Under the pieces are notes generated by a model that ran no database searches, was not told where the DNA came from, and was given only the letters and a program-made list of their open reading frames with translations. A program made the translations under genes and the position numbers. A stretch of 64,000 bases of DNA from Ascidiella aspersa (taxonomy: Eukaryota): positions 19,592,001-19,656,000 of the forward strand of contig OZ004611.1 in NCBI GenBank assembly GCA_963924565.1, given 5' to 3'. This document shows, in pieces, positions 1-13,000 of this stretch (position 1 is its first letter; every line of letters begins with the position of its first letter).

Positions 1-54
1 TTTTGTTAGTTTCTCAGTCGCACAAAAACATACGTGCTTACTTTTAATGTAGAA

Positions 55-537
55 CAGTGGTTCTCACACTTTTTAGCATACGGACCGGTAAAATTTTAAA
101 ACAATTTTTGCAGACCGGTGGCCTTCAAAAATTAAAATGAACCCAAAATGTAATTATGACAAAAGTATGCAACTTAAAAGCAAATAACGAAAACTTCAAT
201 ATAATGAGAAATTTCCTGCTGTCTTTTTGATATCATACGTGTTATACGTGGTTCTGTTGAAGTTTTTCTCGTACAAGTTTAAGACTTAAACAAGTTTAGC
301 CTACTTTAAACAGTTGGGCACACAACACTTGTAGCATTGTGACGTACAATAAAGTCCAAAGTAGACGATTAACTGTATGTTACATCACAATGCTGCAATT
401 TACGGAACTGGCTATGTTCTAAATTTGATGGACAAGACGCCTTCAACATCTTGCTTTTTGCAATTGAGATATAAATTTGTAATATATTTGGCGGACCGGC
501 AGGAGAGTTGACGCGGACCGGCGGTTGAGAACCACTG
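55..537. mobile_element. hAT-type MITE
   Basis: TIR CAGTGGTTCTCA...TGAGAACCACTG with repeated subterminal GGACCGG; no clear TSD. Confidence 0.7.
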
Positions 538-1042
538 ATGGGATTCTTTTTCAATTATTCGTTTTAGGTGACTGTTTCTCTTAGCATATTTGAAAAATAA
601 TTGAAGGTCTTTATACCATCCATGCAGTGTCGGATCGCAGTTACCTTGGTGGCTTTGCAAAGACTGAGATTAAGGGCATGCATACAAAAGGAGCGATATT
701 TTTAACTATAGAACAGACGCCAACTAGCTCACTGGACATTGTCCGATAAGATATCGTGGTTCTAGCCCAAGCTTTTGTACATTACAAACTATAGCCTCTC
801 CTATTGCATTTCCACTAAGTTTAATTTCGTTGTGATTAACATTCCGATGGACACATTTTATCGTTGATTGCGATATCACGCATCAAATCTAAAATGGCAA
901 CTGGGTCTTCTTTATTAATTGTTGTAGCAGCACTTGTTTCAACATAGCGGATGACAATAACAAGCTGTTCTTTTTTGGCACCATCCTTTGTTTCGTCCGC
1001 CATAGCCTAATTGCTCCCGCCTTTTCGGGAAAAAGCATGATG

Positions 1043-4000
1043 TAGTCAGGTTCACTATGTAATTTCGTTGGTTTTTTGTGGAGATTTGCAAACCTATACA
1101 TTTTTGGAAAGCTTAGGACATCAGGAATCTGAAAATCGATGTTCCCATTTGCACAAATGTTCCGAGGGCGGCCATTTTGGAAATTCAAGATGGCCACCAC
1201 CGAAAACCTATTTTTCGCAATATCTCGGCACACGGGCAACCTAGAGTGTTGATTTCAAGACCTATAACTACATTCTTGGGGACAAGGAATCATTTGGGAC
1301 CATATAAAAGGGTGTACGGGTACACAAATTCCCCCTATGATGATTTTAGGTAAAAATTAAAGCAACAACAAATCGGTTGAATATAATGGTACAGTTAAAA
1401 GTCTGTTTTGCATCAGCAATCTAATGTCTTCACCATCTACTCTTACTTCTTTTCAAGTAGATCATCTAACATGATATGCACATGGAGATTGGTTGTAACA
1501 GTTTGCTAAAAACTGTAGCCATATGCTAAAAGCAATATTCCACATTATCCGAAAACCTGTCCCCAGTCTGTCGACTTGACTACAACTCTATTCATGAACA
1601 TCATCAGACTGCAGGCTGTGGTGATTTAGGTGAACAACTAATGAACTAGAAGACAACAAATTTCAATTGAAATTACATTTATTGAACTTACAACACTCCA
1701 TATGATAAACATAATTATGAGCACCACACCGACCATTACTCAAATGTCATCATCACTATCGTCAGAGCAACCACCTGGCTGACAGTCCTCATCATTGTCA
1801 CACTGAGAGCTGCACAAACATAAGTCAGTGCAGGTCAGGTTGTTAGAACGGCAGGAGCACCTTTGCATCATGTTTGGGCTTGTATTTCACCTGCTTTTCG
1901 GATTTGAAGCCATGCATAAGGGTTTGGTTCACAGTGAGCACTGCTCTGTTGACGACAGTTGTTCTTTTTTCTGTCTCCAATGCCTCTGCCGACCCTATCA
2001 TAATCCATCTGATCATGGCATACAACTCTGCTGGAACATCACCCTCATCGCTGGTCACTTGTATGGAACTAGATGTTTTTTCCTTGGGATCAAATTTGTC
2101 AATGCATCTCCGCAGCACCTTTGCTGATTGGTAGATGATGCTCAAGTCATCCATATCATTTTCTGTTATAACAGATTGAACCATATCAGACTCGCATGCA
2201 TCTGGTGAATATAGAATAGAGGATTTCCTTCTGTCCTTTTGTCGAACAGAAGTTACATGGGGCAATTCCAAAAGGATTCTATCTTTAAGCCATCGTCGAC
2301 TGTATGCTGGGAAATGATTGGCTAACGCATCTGGTCCACCGAGCATGTTCATGTATGTTGTTTCTATATCTTGCATGGATAGGTATGCTTTATTTTGGGT
2401 TTGGCTGTCGATGAGGCTTATCAATTCAATCAAACAGGATGTTTGTAATGGATAGCCTTTTTCTGCGTAGTCCTTGCTACCTTTGACTCGCAGAACATGG
2501 AATACCTTTTTGGTCCAACATCGCTTGTGATACTGGACATCTATCGCGTGTGCATCAGATGGCGAGATGGATGTGTTTAATCTAGTCTGCAAGATGGGAT
2601 CTTCTGAAAGTTCCACAGCTTCACGTAGTGCTTTCCCACAGTTCTCTGTTCTTAAAGTGTATAATTGTTGTTCATTATTTTCCTGGCAAAAAAAGCAATG
2701 TTCCTTATTGAACGGAGCTGTTGCAGAGCGTGTGAATGGACTTGTGGAGGTGGACGTTGATGCCTCATCCATATCTATGCTTTTTCTCTTCTGTCCACGT
2801 TTTTTCTCCGAGTAGCTTCCAACTGACATATTGTACTCATGGCGTTCTTTGGCACGTTCTATCTTTACTTTGCATGTTGTATTTGAATAGCGAAGACGAT
2901 GCCAAACTGCCTTGTTAGCTTTTAAGCTGTCACTTGTTTCATCCTTTAACCGCCTGTCTATTTGAACATACTCTCCATCATGGAAGTTTGCCCTATCACG
3001 AACTGCTTCTAGCAAGCAATCAAATGAGTCCAGTTTGGACTGTTTCACAAGCGTTCCATTTTTAGTTGAAAATGTTTGACAGATCACGCACTGCTGCCAG
3101 TTGGTGGATCCAGGTGGATTGTATGAATGCCGTGCAGGAATTTCACTCATCTTGACTTAAAACCTGCAAATATAAAAAGGGAGATGAGTAGCTTTCAATC
3201 TACATCTCATCTGATGAATTTGTACCATTATTATGACCAGGGTAAGTATCAATAACACTAAATGAAATATCCTTATATTAGTTATTTATCTTGTAATACA
3301 TATTGTTAACTTTCAGCCGTTGATTTGTCTCACAACCTGAAATTATGGAAACTTACACTGGCTCCTTATGTACAATAATGATCTAAAACAAGTAGATCAT
3401 TTATTCCATGATGGTCCATCTGGTATTAAATCTCAGCTGGAAGTTAAAACAGAATTTCATATGTCTCCACACCTGAAAATAGATCTTAAATGGACAGTGT
3501 GATTTTGTTTTTATTTGCTGGTGCGTCATTCAGTGTAAATAGTATTTGTTAACAATCTCCTTAAGATCTGTACTTATATAACCAATCCTGAGAGAGTCAT
3601 CTTAGAGACTCGCCAGGTGTCTTTGCATCATTTTGGGTGATCTAAGGTGACTCTGTATCCCCAATATCGTAGATATGAATGATAAAATAACACAGTATTA
3701 AAATCATTGTTTTTGGAATATTGTGAGAAACAGTTTTTCAGTGACGGTGATAGTGTTTGGATGGTATGAAGTTTTTAAAAATCATCACAAGAGACATCTG
3801 GGTGCTTGTACATTATTTTAAATGATCTCAAATGATTCCTTGACCCCAAAAATGTAGGTAAAAGTCTTGAAATCAACACTCTAGGTTGCCCGTGTGCCGA
3901 GATATTGCGAAAAATAGGTTTTTGTTGGCGGCCATCTTGAATATCCGAAATGGCCGCCTTCGGAACATTTGTGCAAATGGGAACATCGATTTTCGGATTC

Positions 4001-4091
4001 CTGATGTCCTAAGCTTTCCAAAATGTATAGGTTTGCAAATCTCCACAAAAATCCAACGAAACCATAAAATTGAACATAGTGAACCTGACTA
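1043..4091 (-). mobile_element. Academ-like DNA transposon, internally deleted (non-autonomous)
   Basis: Termini TAGTCAGGTTCACTATG...CATAGTGAACCTGACTA; imperfect TIRs of ~270 bp (1043-~1310 and ~3815-4091); ATG on both flanks (1040-1042, 4092-4094). Internal ORF has CxxC and YHxxC motifs, plus an out-of-frame Cys-rich C-terminal fragment. Confidence 0.8.
1740..3150 (-). pseudogene. Truncated Academ-type transposase: N-terminal 435-aa ORF (1843-3150) joined out of frame to a Cys-rich C-terminus (1740-~1865)
   Basis: ORF contains CVICQ, CFFCQ and DAHAIDVQYHKRC. Another frame reads QRCSCRSNNLTCTDLCLCSSQCDNDED...DDDI*. No DDE/XPG core is visible between the two parts. Confidence 0.7.
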
Positions 4092-4809
4092 ATGTGTAGA
4101 CAATAGACATGGTAGTGTCTTTCAGCAATATTCTTCATACCGGGTCACACTAGGACTGGCCAACTGTAGAGGCTAATCTTATTACTTTTTCGTGCTTCAA
4201 AAAGGTCTGTTTTTCGCGTTACGCGGAATGATTTGTTTAACAACCTGAATAATGTTATTTTGTACGAGTTCGTTTGTTCGGACAACCGATGTTATTTTTA
4301 CCTGAATTATGACTTCACGCAATGACATACTTTTGTGACGTCATATCTGGAAAAAATTCATGGCCCTCTCATGGCATCAGGGTAACTTCAAACAATTGAG
4401 TGCCCTTCAGTTGAGTCGGTTTAGATTTCAGATTCCGCCATTTTTCAATAGAGGATCGGCCTATTTAGTCAGCCAACTTCAAGCATATATGTATTTTTAC
4501 AAAAAAAAGTCATAGATATTTAGAAACAACTTACAAGCCATCACAAGGCTACCCCTTAATGCAATTGCAACTACTGTTGAGTAAATCAAACCGAGATTTT
4601 ACGTTCGTTTGAAAAATGTATTGAATTGTGGAAAGCATAAAAATGTTTGATACGGGTAAATTGCAACGCGACTTTATGTAAGAAACCGGCCAGGTGTCGC
4701 AGAATGATTGCAATACAATATTCCAGAGGAGTAGTAATTGGCAAATAATTTAAAATAAATTGGCTATAATATGAATTTAATATTCATTTAAAAAATAGTT
4801 AGGTTAGAG

Positions 4810-5541
4810 GAGTGGTTCTTAACCTTTTATGCTCCGTGGCCCCCTTTGAAAAGCTCTCAACCCTCGTGGCCCCTTGCTTTAAAAATACTAGCATTGTATT
4901 TAATGTGTTTTCACTTGTTTTACTATACTCCATGTTAAGAACCAATGGAGCCATTAAACGAAGTCTAACAAATAAAAGCATTTACTTCTTATTAATTTAA
5001 TAAATCATGAAGTCATTTCACTTTAAATTAATTTATTTTAAGTCATTTCAAAGCTTTTTCTTCTACTCCGCCAACTTTTTTTCTTCAGCTCTGTTTTGTA
5101 TTAAGACAAGCGAACATACGTCAAGACGATTTCTGAATTTCGTTTTGCCAGATTAGAAAGCTTCGCAAAAATAAGTAATTAGACGCATATTACGACAACA
5201 AATATGATACGTTAATTAGACAGTCAAATAATATGCTGCAACATATACAAGCTACCACTTCCAGTAATGTGTTACTATATAACTTGACAATTACGCTGTG
5301 GCGTATCACCTCGTTGAATATTAGCCTCACCCGATATAAACGACAGATGGGATTCGATTAAAATTTGGATTCGAAATAAAAACAACACAAATTTAAGTTA
5401 ACTGGAAAATTTGGAAAATAATGACAATTGGGTAGTTGGGTTTCACAACAATACGACCTAGCTAGAGAGTTATGCCTGTGGGCCCCCAAACACCGCTCCG
5501 TGGCCCCCAGGGGGGCAAAGGGCCACGGTTGAGAAACCCTG
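4810..5541. mobile_element. hAT-type MITE upstream of CesA
   Basis: (G)AGTGGTTCTTAACC...GGTTGAGAAACCCTG; perfect 8-bp TSD GGTTAGAG (4802-4809, 5542-5549); subterminal CGTGGCCCC repeats. Confidence 0.8.
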
Positions 5542-6039
5542 GGTTAGAGTATAATGCATTGTACGGTAGGGTAAATGAATTGTTTTTACGAACACGGACG
5601 GGTAAATATCATATACGGAAAAAAGGGGCGTTACTTCCATGTTTTTTGTCTGTTTTTCTGAGTATAATTTTGGTTGTGTTGGCTGCAGTGATGAAAGTAA
5701 GCTGATCTGGAATTGCGTTTGGGTAAAATATTTTTTAGGCCCTACGCTGTATCGGTAAAAAAGGTTCAGATTGATCTTTGCACTACATCAAACGATAACC
5801 TTTTGCAAAACAAATAAAATTATTAATTTTGCAAAATAGTAGGCCTACAGCTTACCAATTTTACTTTTTTTAAGACTGCTATTTTAGGGATAAATTGTAC
5901 CAAGTAATACAAACGATTTATTCGATATGAAAATTTATTGCTGTTAGGCTACGTTGGAGATGTAAAATGTGTTATACAACACATAAAGGAAACCGATCGA
6001 GTGTTTCAACGTAAAAGTATAATAACTCCGCAGTTTAAT

Positions 6040-6500
6040 TGCGAGGTTTGCCAGCTATCGCCGTTTTGTGGAAGGCAATTAGCGTTTACTGGCATGTTGT
6101 CCAGTTCACGTAAGACTGGGCAACGATAGTAAGTGCGACAGTGCGTGCCCAAATTCGACAAACTGCTTGTGCGACTTTTCCATCCTATATGCCGGACAAC
6201 GCACGGTCGGCCGTTTGTATCGTCTTCCAACGCCCGGGGCCACGTTACCAGCTCATTTTTGGTTCGACGTCTCGCGATCAAGAGAAGTAGAAGCGCCGCC
6301 GTTTTCCCCGGGAGCATATCACTGCTGGCTGAGACTTGCCAAACGACTGTCGTACGTCAGAATGTGGTCGCGCAAGTCGGGCTGATTAACAAGGCTGGCG
6401 AACTTCTCAGGTCCAGTTAATGTTGGACAGGTGTAGCGACAACAGCGTTAAAGAGCGGATGGCCGGTAAATGTCATTTGGGCTGACCAGTAGACTCGGTG
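6040..6500. promoter_or_regulatory. GC-rich candidate CesA upstream enhancer with an AP-2 consensus site
   Basis: Non-coding GC-rich island 0.5-1 kb upstream of the ATG; GCCCGGGGC (GCCN3GGC) at 6232-6240. Confidence 0.4.
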
Positions 6501-7035
6501 AAAAACCGTATAGCGTTACTACATGTTGCAGCTTTAGGATGAATCAATAGAAGAATATAGCCAAACATAGATTTAGAGAAAGGGTATGAATAGGCAGTGC
6601 CAGTATTAAACACAGACAGTTTTGTTAGAATAAGACGCCATTCAACGAATTTTAGTGCAGGGTTAAGTTATTCCATAGTATTTAATGTCAAACAAGTCAG
6701 ATTTTTTTAGAGTTAGTCCTATTATCCGAGAAAACTATTTAGGTTCATTGTAATTGTTTTTTGTCACTTCGTGTATTTTAAATCAAAATAGTTAACTTCT
6801 GAATTACAAACCACACTAAACTATAAAATATTTACCCACTTAGAATCAACTTAGGCGCATTGTGTATTTGCCTGGAATACTAAAAATACAAAGCAAAGCG
6901 TATAACTGACGCTGTTTAATTGATCATCTATTAGACCAAGACGCGAAAGAAAGTCGACGCAAAATCGACAATTCTTTCAGAAAAGCGTCTTGCACTGTTT
7001 TAGTGTTTTTTTTGTTTTTTCTTAACCAAAAAGAA

Positions 7036-10000
7036 ATGAGTCATTCCGGCAGAGACCAGGATGTGAGTGACTTATAGTTGTTTTCAGATAAATGAGAATG
7101 TTATTAAACTTAAGTGTAAAGAATTAAAAAAATAACTTTTGGCGACATTAAATTATTTTAACGTTTTAACTACCTTGTAGACCTTTTTCGCAATAAGATA
7201 ATTTTGTCTGCTTTTAATTGAGTAGTCGACCAAAGCATTGTGGTATTATAGTTTAATTTGTCACGAATAAGAAACGGGACTTTTCTCATGAAAATACACA
7301 CAAGGGCGATCACAAATAACGGGGGTTATAAACTTTGTTTTTCCGCATTTACAGCTTCCTGGCGCTTACAAGCGATCTGTTGGAAAGAACGAGAGCAGAA
7401 GTTTGCCAAGAAGTGCATTCCCACCAAAGCCATCCAGATATACATCTTCGTCCTTTGTAAGTAGCCTTTCCACTCAAACCCAATCGCAATATTGAACGAG
7501 TATAGCTATAACGAATTGCCATGGTTTTAGCTGGTCCAAAACTATAGGGAGTTAATAAGGCTAATCTAATATCCATTAAAGTTACTTTAACCTTGGTAAC
7601 ACAGCTGGTTATGTCTGAAATATATTATAAACAAACACAGCCTTCGTAAAAATCATCTTAGACGATAAAATTGACTTAAAATGCTTCTAGTTTAAAGAAT
7701 CTTAAAATTGTTTAGAAAAAGTGTATAAAAGCGGGAATGAGATTAATACTGTTAAAACAACTTGTGTTTTTACCTAAAGGCAGGTTATGCGGTATTGGTC
7801 TTTCACAGAACCTGTGCCCAACGTCGACATTACAAAAAACTAAAGAATAAATAGGGATGTATGAATACGACGCATTGCGTGGGAAAGTTTACCAAACACT
7901 TGGGTATCCCTTAAACGATTTTCAAACTGATGTAAACATCCATCCGTCAAATTTTGTTATGATAAGATTGTGACAAAAAGAGACTCGAGACACTTGTTTT
8001 CGTGAAACGACGCCAAATGGAAGCGCCCTTCTAACGATAGTGTTCACGAAATTTTCTCTCATAGCGTTCAAGTTCATCGTTGTCGGACGCCCGATGCCGT
8101 TCGACCGGTTTTGACGTCACAATAGCATTTCTTACGCCCTCGGCTAATCAGAGAGGGATCACGCGCGTCGCGGGTGCGTCTCCATCCAAAAAAAAAAACG
8201 CTAGGAGAAAAACGGCTTACGCAACCTCTCTAGCCTTGCTGTTACGTAAACGCGTCGGCCAATAAATATTGATAGGACAAACTTGCGCATCAAAATAGAA
8301 AATGTAAGCCCAATTACCAAATTACTGATTTCTCTAAATGCGTATCCAACATAGCATGCTAGAGAAAACCGCTTTCTATTAGAAGTTGTTGGGTTTAAAA
8401 ATCACTATAGTTCTCAAATATTCTTTAGGTATGACGCAACCACCCATTACTTGCAGTTTTTCATTTATTTCATATACATGTGCAAAAACTAAATGGTACC
8501 TTATTGTTGCAGGCCAACTCTGACGATTTTGGTCCAGGGCATTTTAACTTTGACGACAGCGACACTTCAGGAAGGTAAGACATCGCGGTTAAATATATGA
8601 ACAAATTTCCTCATGACAAAGTGATTGCCTTTGCACTCTAATTGTACGCAAAGAATTAAATCACGAGGCTTACCAATACATCAAATTAAAATCATAACGA
8701 ACTCAAGGTGTTATTAGTAATTACTATAGAAATGTTTAAACTGCAATTGGAACAATTTAAATATGCTGAGGAAAACTATGGTTTGTTTCATTTGTCGCGC
8801 ACATAAAAACAACCGTCTTCACCAAGGAGAAATGTAAGACATCCAAAGTTACAAATCGATACCAGAGTTGGATTGATTACATTAATTTAGTTCAATTGCA
8901 ATTACAATTCATCTCTTAAACTTAAATGTTTCAATTACATTAAAACTGTAATTAATTGCATCAATTACAATAAATTACAATGGATCAAAGTTTTATATTG
9001 CTGCTGAAATATGGAAACGATGATCGATACTACTATGTATCGATAATTTTACTTTGTTTACTTTTTAAAAGTTGTTTGTGACATAACAGTGCTGTTTGTT
9101 GCATCACAGTCGATCTCGCAATGTCAGTACGTTGCCGAGCAGCGCTTATCCACGACACACGACTTCCGGGTCTTCATTCGCCAGCTCACAGCCACCAGCT
9201 CCGATTCCGGAGGGCAAGAGGAGAACGATATCGATGGGAGCCAACCATCACGCTCCCGGAAGACAGAGGAGTCGCGATCGCAGGAGGACACTGGACGCCA
9301 GGAATCAGCCACCGCCTTATACAGTAAGTGAAATGGGCATTTTTGTTTAAATAAAAAGGAGGAAAACTTATTGACTTAAATAAACAAGGGACGGAAAATA
9401 TTAGAATGAAATATTTTGTTGTAGTGATTGTTTGGTTTCGTTTTGCTAATTTGGTAACCATAATAAACTAAATGTAAAGTTAAAAGAAAATGCAAAGTGT
9501 GACAACTTTGCAAAAGAATCACCAAACCGATTTTTTTAATGTTAATTTTGACTAATTTATACAAAAAAAACTTAGATGCGATTATAAGGGAAAAAATAGT
9601 CAAAGCAATGTCTCGTGTAAGTAACGGTGATTTAGGTACATGGGCGTCAAGTATATGTTTAATGTTATAATAAGTTTCATCTGATAAACACGTTTATTGA
9701 CTCTTCGTCGTAAACAAGATACAAATATCCGCCGTACACGAGGCAAAATAAAACTTCAAGAGAAACCGACGGCAGTTAATTGCCGACGAAACAGCGCATA
9801 ATCACCGATTAGTTCACATCAAGGCGTGACGTGATATTTCGGCCCCGCGACACGTCATAAAGACACTCCTGCCCCCGTCTTTTCCGATCCTGACACAGCA
9901 GCGAGAAACACGACGGTTTATAACGGCCACGTTGGAGCAGTGAATCGATTTTGACGTTGATCTATGCTGGGAACGCCCCGGGTACCAGTTCATGGCCCGC

Positions 10001-13000
10001 CTTTAATTACCCTACGCGAAAAGCGGAACACGTTTGCCGTAAATCAAATTGAAAAGGCTCGTAAATGCATGGCGTACCTTTTGCGAATCTGAATCGTTTA
10101 TTAATCGTTTATAAAGGCGTCAAGCAAACAAACCTTTTTGCTACATTAAGTAGACTTTGCAATGAATATTATGCTAATAAAACCGTCCAGCTAAGAAAAC
10201 AATAAAGAGCTAAATACGCCTACAAAAAACTTAAACAGTTACAAAAAAATGAAAGCTACAACTATTAAATAAAAATGAAGGTCTTCCAAGTAAACCGCTT
10301 TTATAGGACAACGCACAGTGCAAACTAAATAAGCAAGGTTTGAAAAAGCTTATCACATTTTGCAAACGCCAAAACGCAAAACAAAAGAAAGCCGGTTGCT
10401 ACCTAATAGAAAATTAAACAAGAGCTTCACTCAATTTATATTACAGGTCTAGAACCGACAGTAAAATATGCGAATACCATTAAATCACAATAGCAGTTGC
10501 GCCTTAGTAAATCCAGATTCTCAATAAATGAGCACGCCCAAAAGTTTACCACGCATTAATGAGACTAAATCACTTTTTGCTGCCCGCAGGACATATTTTA
10601 GAAACGCTAAACTTTAATCCAGTAATCTGATTTTCTTCTCCTGACACCCTCCCATATTGCGTGGCATATCTTTGGGTTGCTGTTGGTTTGTCGCAAATTT
10701 TCCCAGTTGAAAAAACACCATGAAAAACATTTTATTTCGTATAAAAACGGAATAATAAAAACCAAAAACTTTCACTTCCATTTTGTACCTAAATTAGAGT
10801 TGTATTTATCAAATGACACTCTGGTTATCATATGTGCCATTTTGTACGACGGCAGTTTGTTAAGGTTGCATTGTATATTTCACATAAGGGCATTATAATT
10901 TTTTGAAATCTTTTAAATCTAAAAAAAAATCCAAAAATATTATTTGCTTTCAGATCAGCGATTCAACAAGACGAACGCTTTCCAGCGAGGATCAACACAG
11001 AATGGGCTCCGACGGTTCGAGCGTGTACAGTTCCGCCGACAGTTTCGGTAAGATAAAAACGGCGATATGCCCCTTTACTAGTATAGGAGCTATGTTTTGG
11101 GTGGTGTCAATTTGGCAAACTTTATTGTCTTTGAGTATTCAACCCCGATCAGAGCAACATGCAAATTAACTACTGCTCTTTGTAACTAGAACTAGCGATA
11201 AAGAAAAACTCGCCCTTAAAAATCCTAGGCTAGCATAGGTTGTTTTCTATATTGCAACCTAGCGCACTCCTTACTACCGATTATGCATGGTGAGGTTGAC
11301 ATCCCTTTATCGGAGTTGTGTGTTTAACACAATATTGTAATCTCCTTAAAGTGGGTTCAAAATAGTTATTAACTTTCCGTTGTTTTAAATCATTTTTCGG
11401 TTAATAGATTCTCAAGATGACCACGACGGAAGATACCCACCGAGACCACCAAAGCCGGTAAAAAAATGGATATGTACTTCAATTTTCTTGAACATTTTTT
11501 AAGCTGGTATACTAATGCCCTTGGATTGCCTAAACCCTAATCTAATGAGATCAATTTATCTCTGCAGGAAAAGTACATGAAGCGGGATGCGTCTTCTTCG
11601 AACTTTACGGGGCAGTATTACCCTGATCCAATGGAGGTAAAACGACCTGTTATTTTTTATCTTGAATCTGCGTGTGCAGGATGATAACGTGTCTAAAATC
11701 ATTTTCACTTGTTTTTATAATTATGTTTAGGAATAGCGTGGAGTGTGTCCGTTAATTACTCAGCAATTGGAATGTGTTATAGACAAACACATTAAGGGGG
11801 TAGTCATTGTAAAAATAGTAACTCTGAAGCGGTAATTTGAATAGCATTGCAAAAGCACAAGAGAGAGCCACTTACAGATTTGTTATGACTACTAGTGTAG
11901 GCCTACTATATTGTACCAAAACTGTACCAGCAGAGAATAACTTGCACAGCAGCTAGTTTAAAATGCAAAGGGTAACACGAAACTTTCAATGTTATTTAGA
12001 GCGCCGATATGAGCAGACTACACTCGGGGTACTCTGAAGACACGAACACAACCTTGACTGGCGGCGATAATCGCCCAACTGATATCGATGAGCTGGCAGA
12101 GTACTTCAACAAGTAAGCTCTTTTAATCGTTTGTGGCTAATTAACTACAGCAAAACTGGTTAAAATAGCTGTATCGAAAAGAAAAATGGCCAACCCAGCA
12201 TTGCCATTTAAAGCTTAGAACTAAACAAGAAGTAACAATAACCTTGTGCTGACACATTCTTTATCGATTGTGCAGAAAACTTGACGACGTACAAAGACAA
12301 GCGGATCATGCTCTAAGTGAGCTGCAAGATGGTAGACGCGATAGGGTAAGAACAACCAGTCGATTTATAGATAGCAATTGTTAGATGTGTATGTATGTAT
12401 GTGTCCATGATTGCATGCTCTTTGATTTGTATAGCTGTTTTCGTTAATTTAAATGACAGTTATATCCAACAGTTTTTGTTTAGCGTTTGAATGTAATTGG
12501 ATGGTTTCCTCGTTCACATATATTTTAGAATTATGCTAATATTAGACTATTCTTTGACTATTCTTCTGCTATAACTTTAGAAACTGACACCTTTTATATA
12601 CAACTTGTAATAAACACAGTTTCTAGTGTGATGTACGTTTTTTAAGGTCATATAGAATAATTTAAGACTTACTGAAAGAGGAACTATTGCTTCGAAAACA
12701 AAACCACTATTTTACCGGTCAATGTTTGGCGGACAGAATTACGTTCTCCCAACGTGTATATAAGCGCAAAACGAGAATAACAATATACCAACGTGTATAT
12801 AAGTGCAAAACGAGATACCAATATCCCTTTAACTAACCTTAGTAAAATCTTTTATCGCTGTTTTACAGTCGGTCACCGACGACTCGTCAATGTACAGCTA
12901 CAACAGGGGTCCTCCGGGAGGGGGATCTTACAACAGGAGAGGAAGAGAGCCTTCTTCCAGGGCAGTTCGTCCCAGCAACCGTGCCGCTGGAATCTCGTCG

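Noticed and set aside
889-4138. Similar ORFs 889-1239 (-) and 3886-4092 (+), both MPVCRDIAKNRF...
   Set aside because: They are translations of the two TIRs, not genes.
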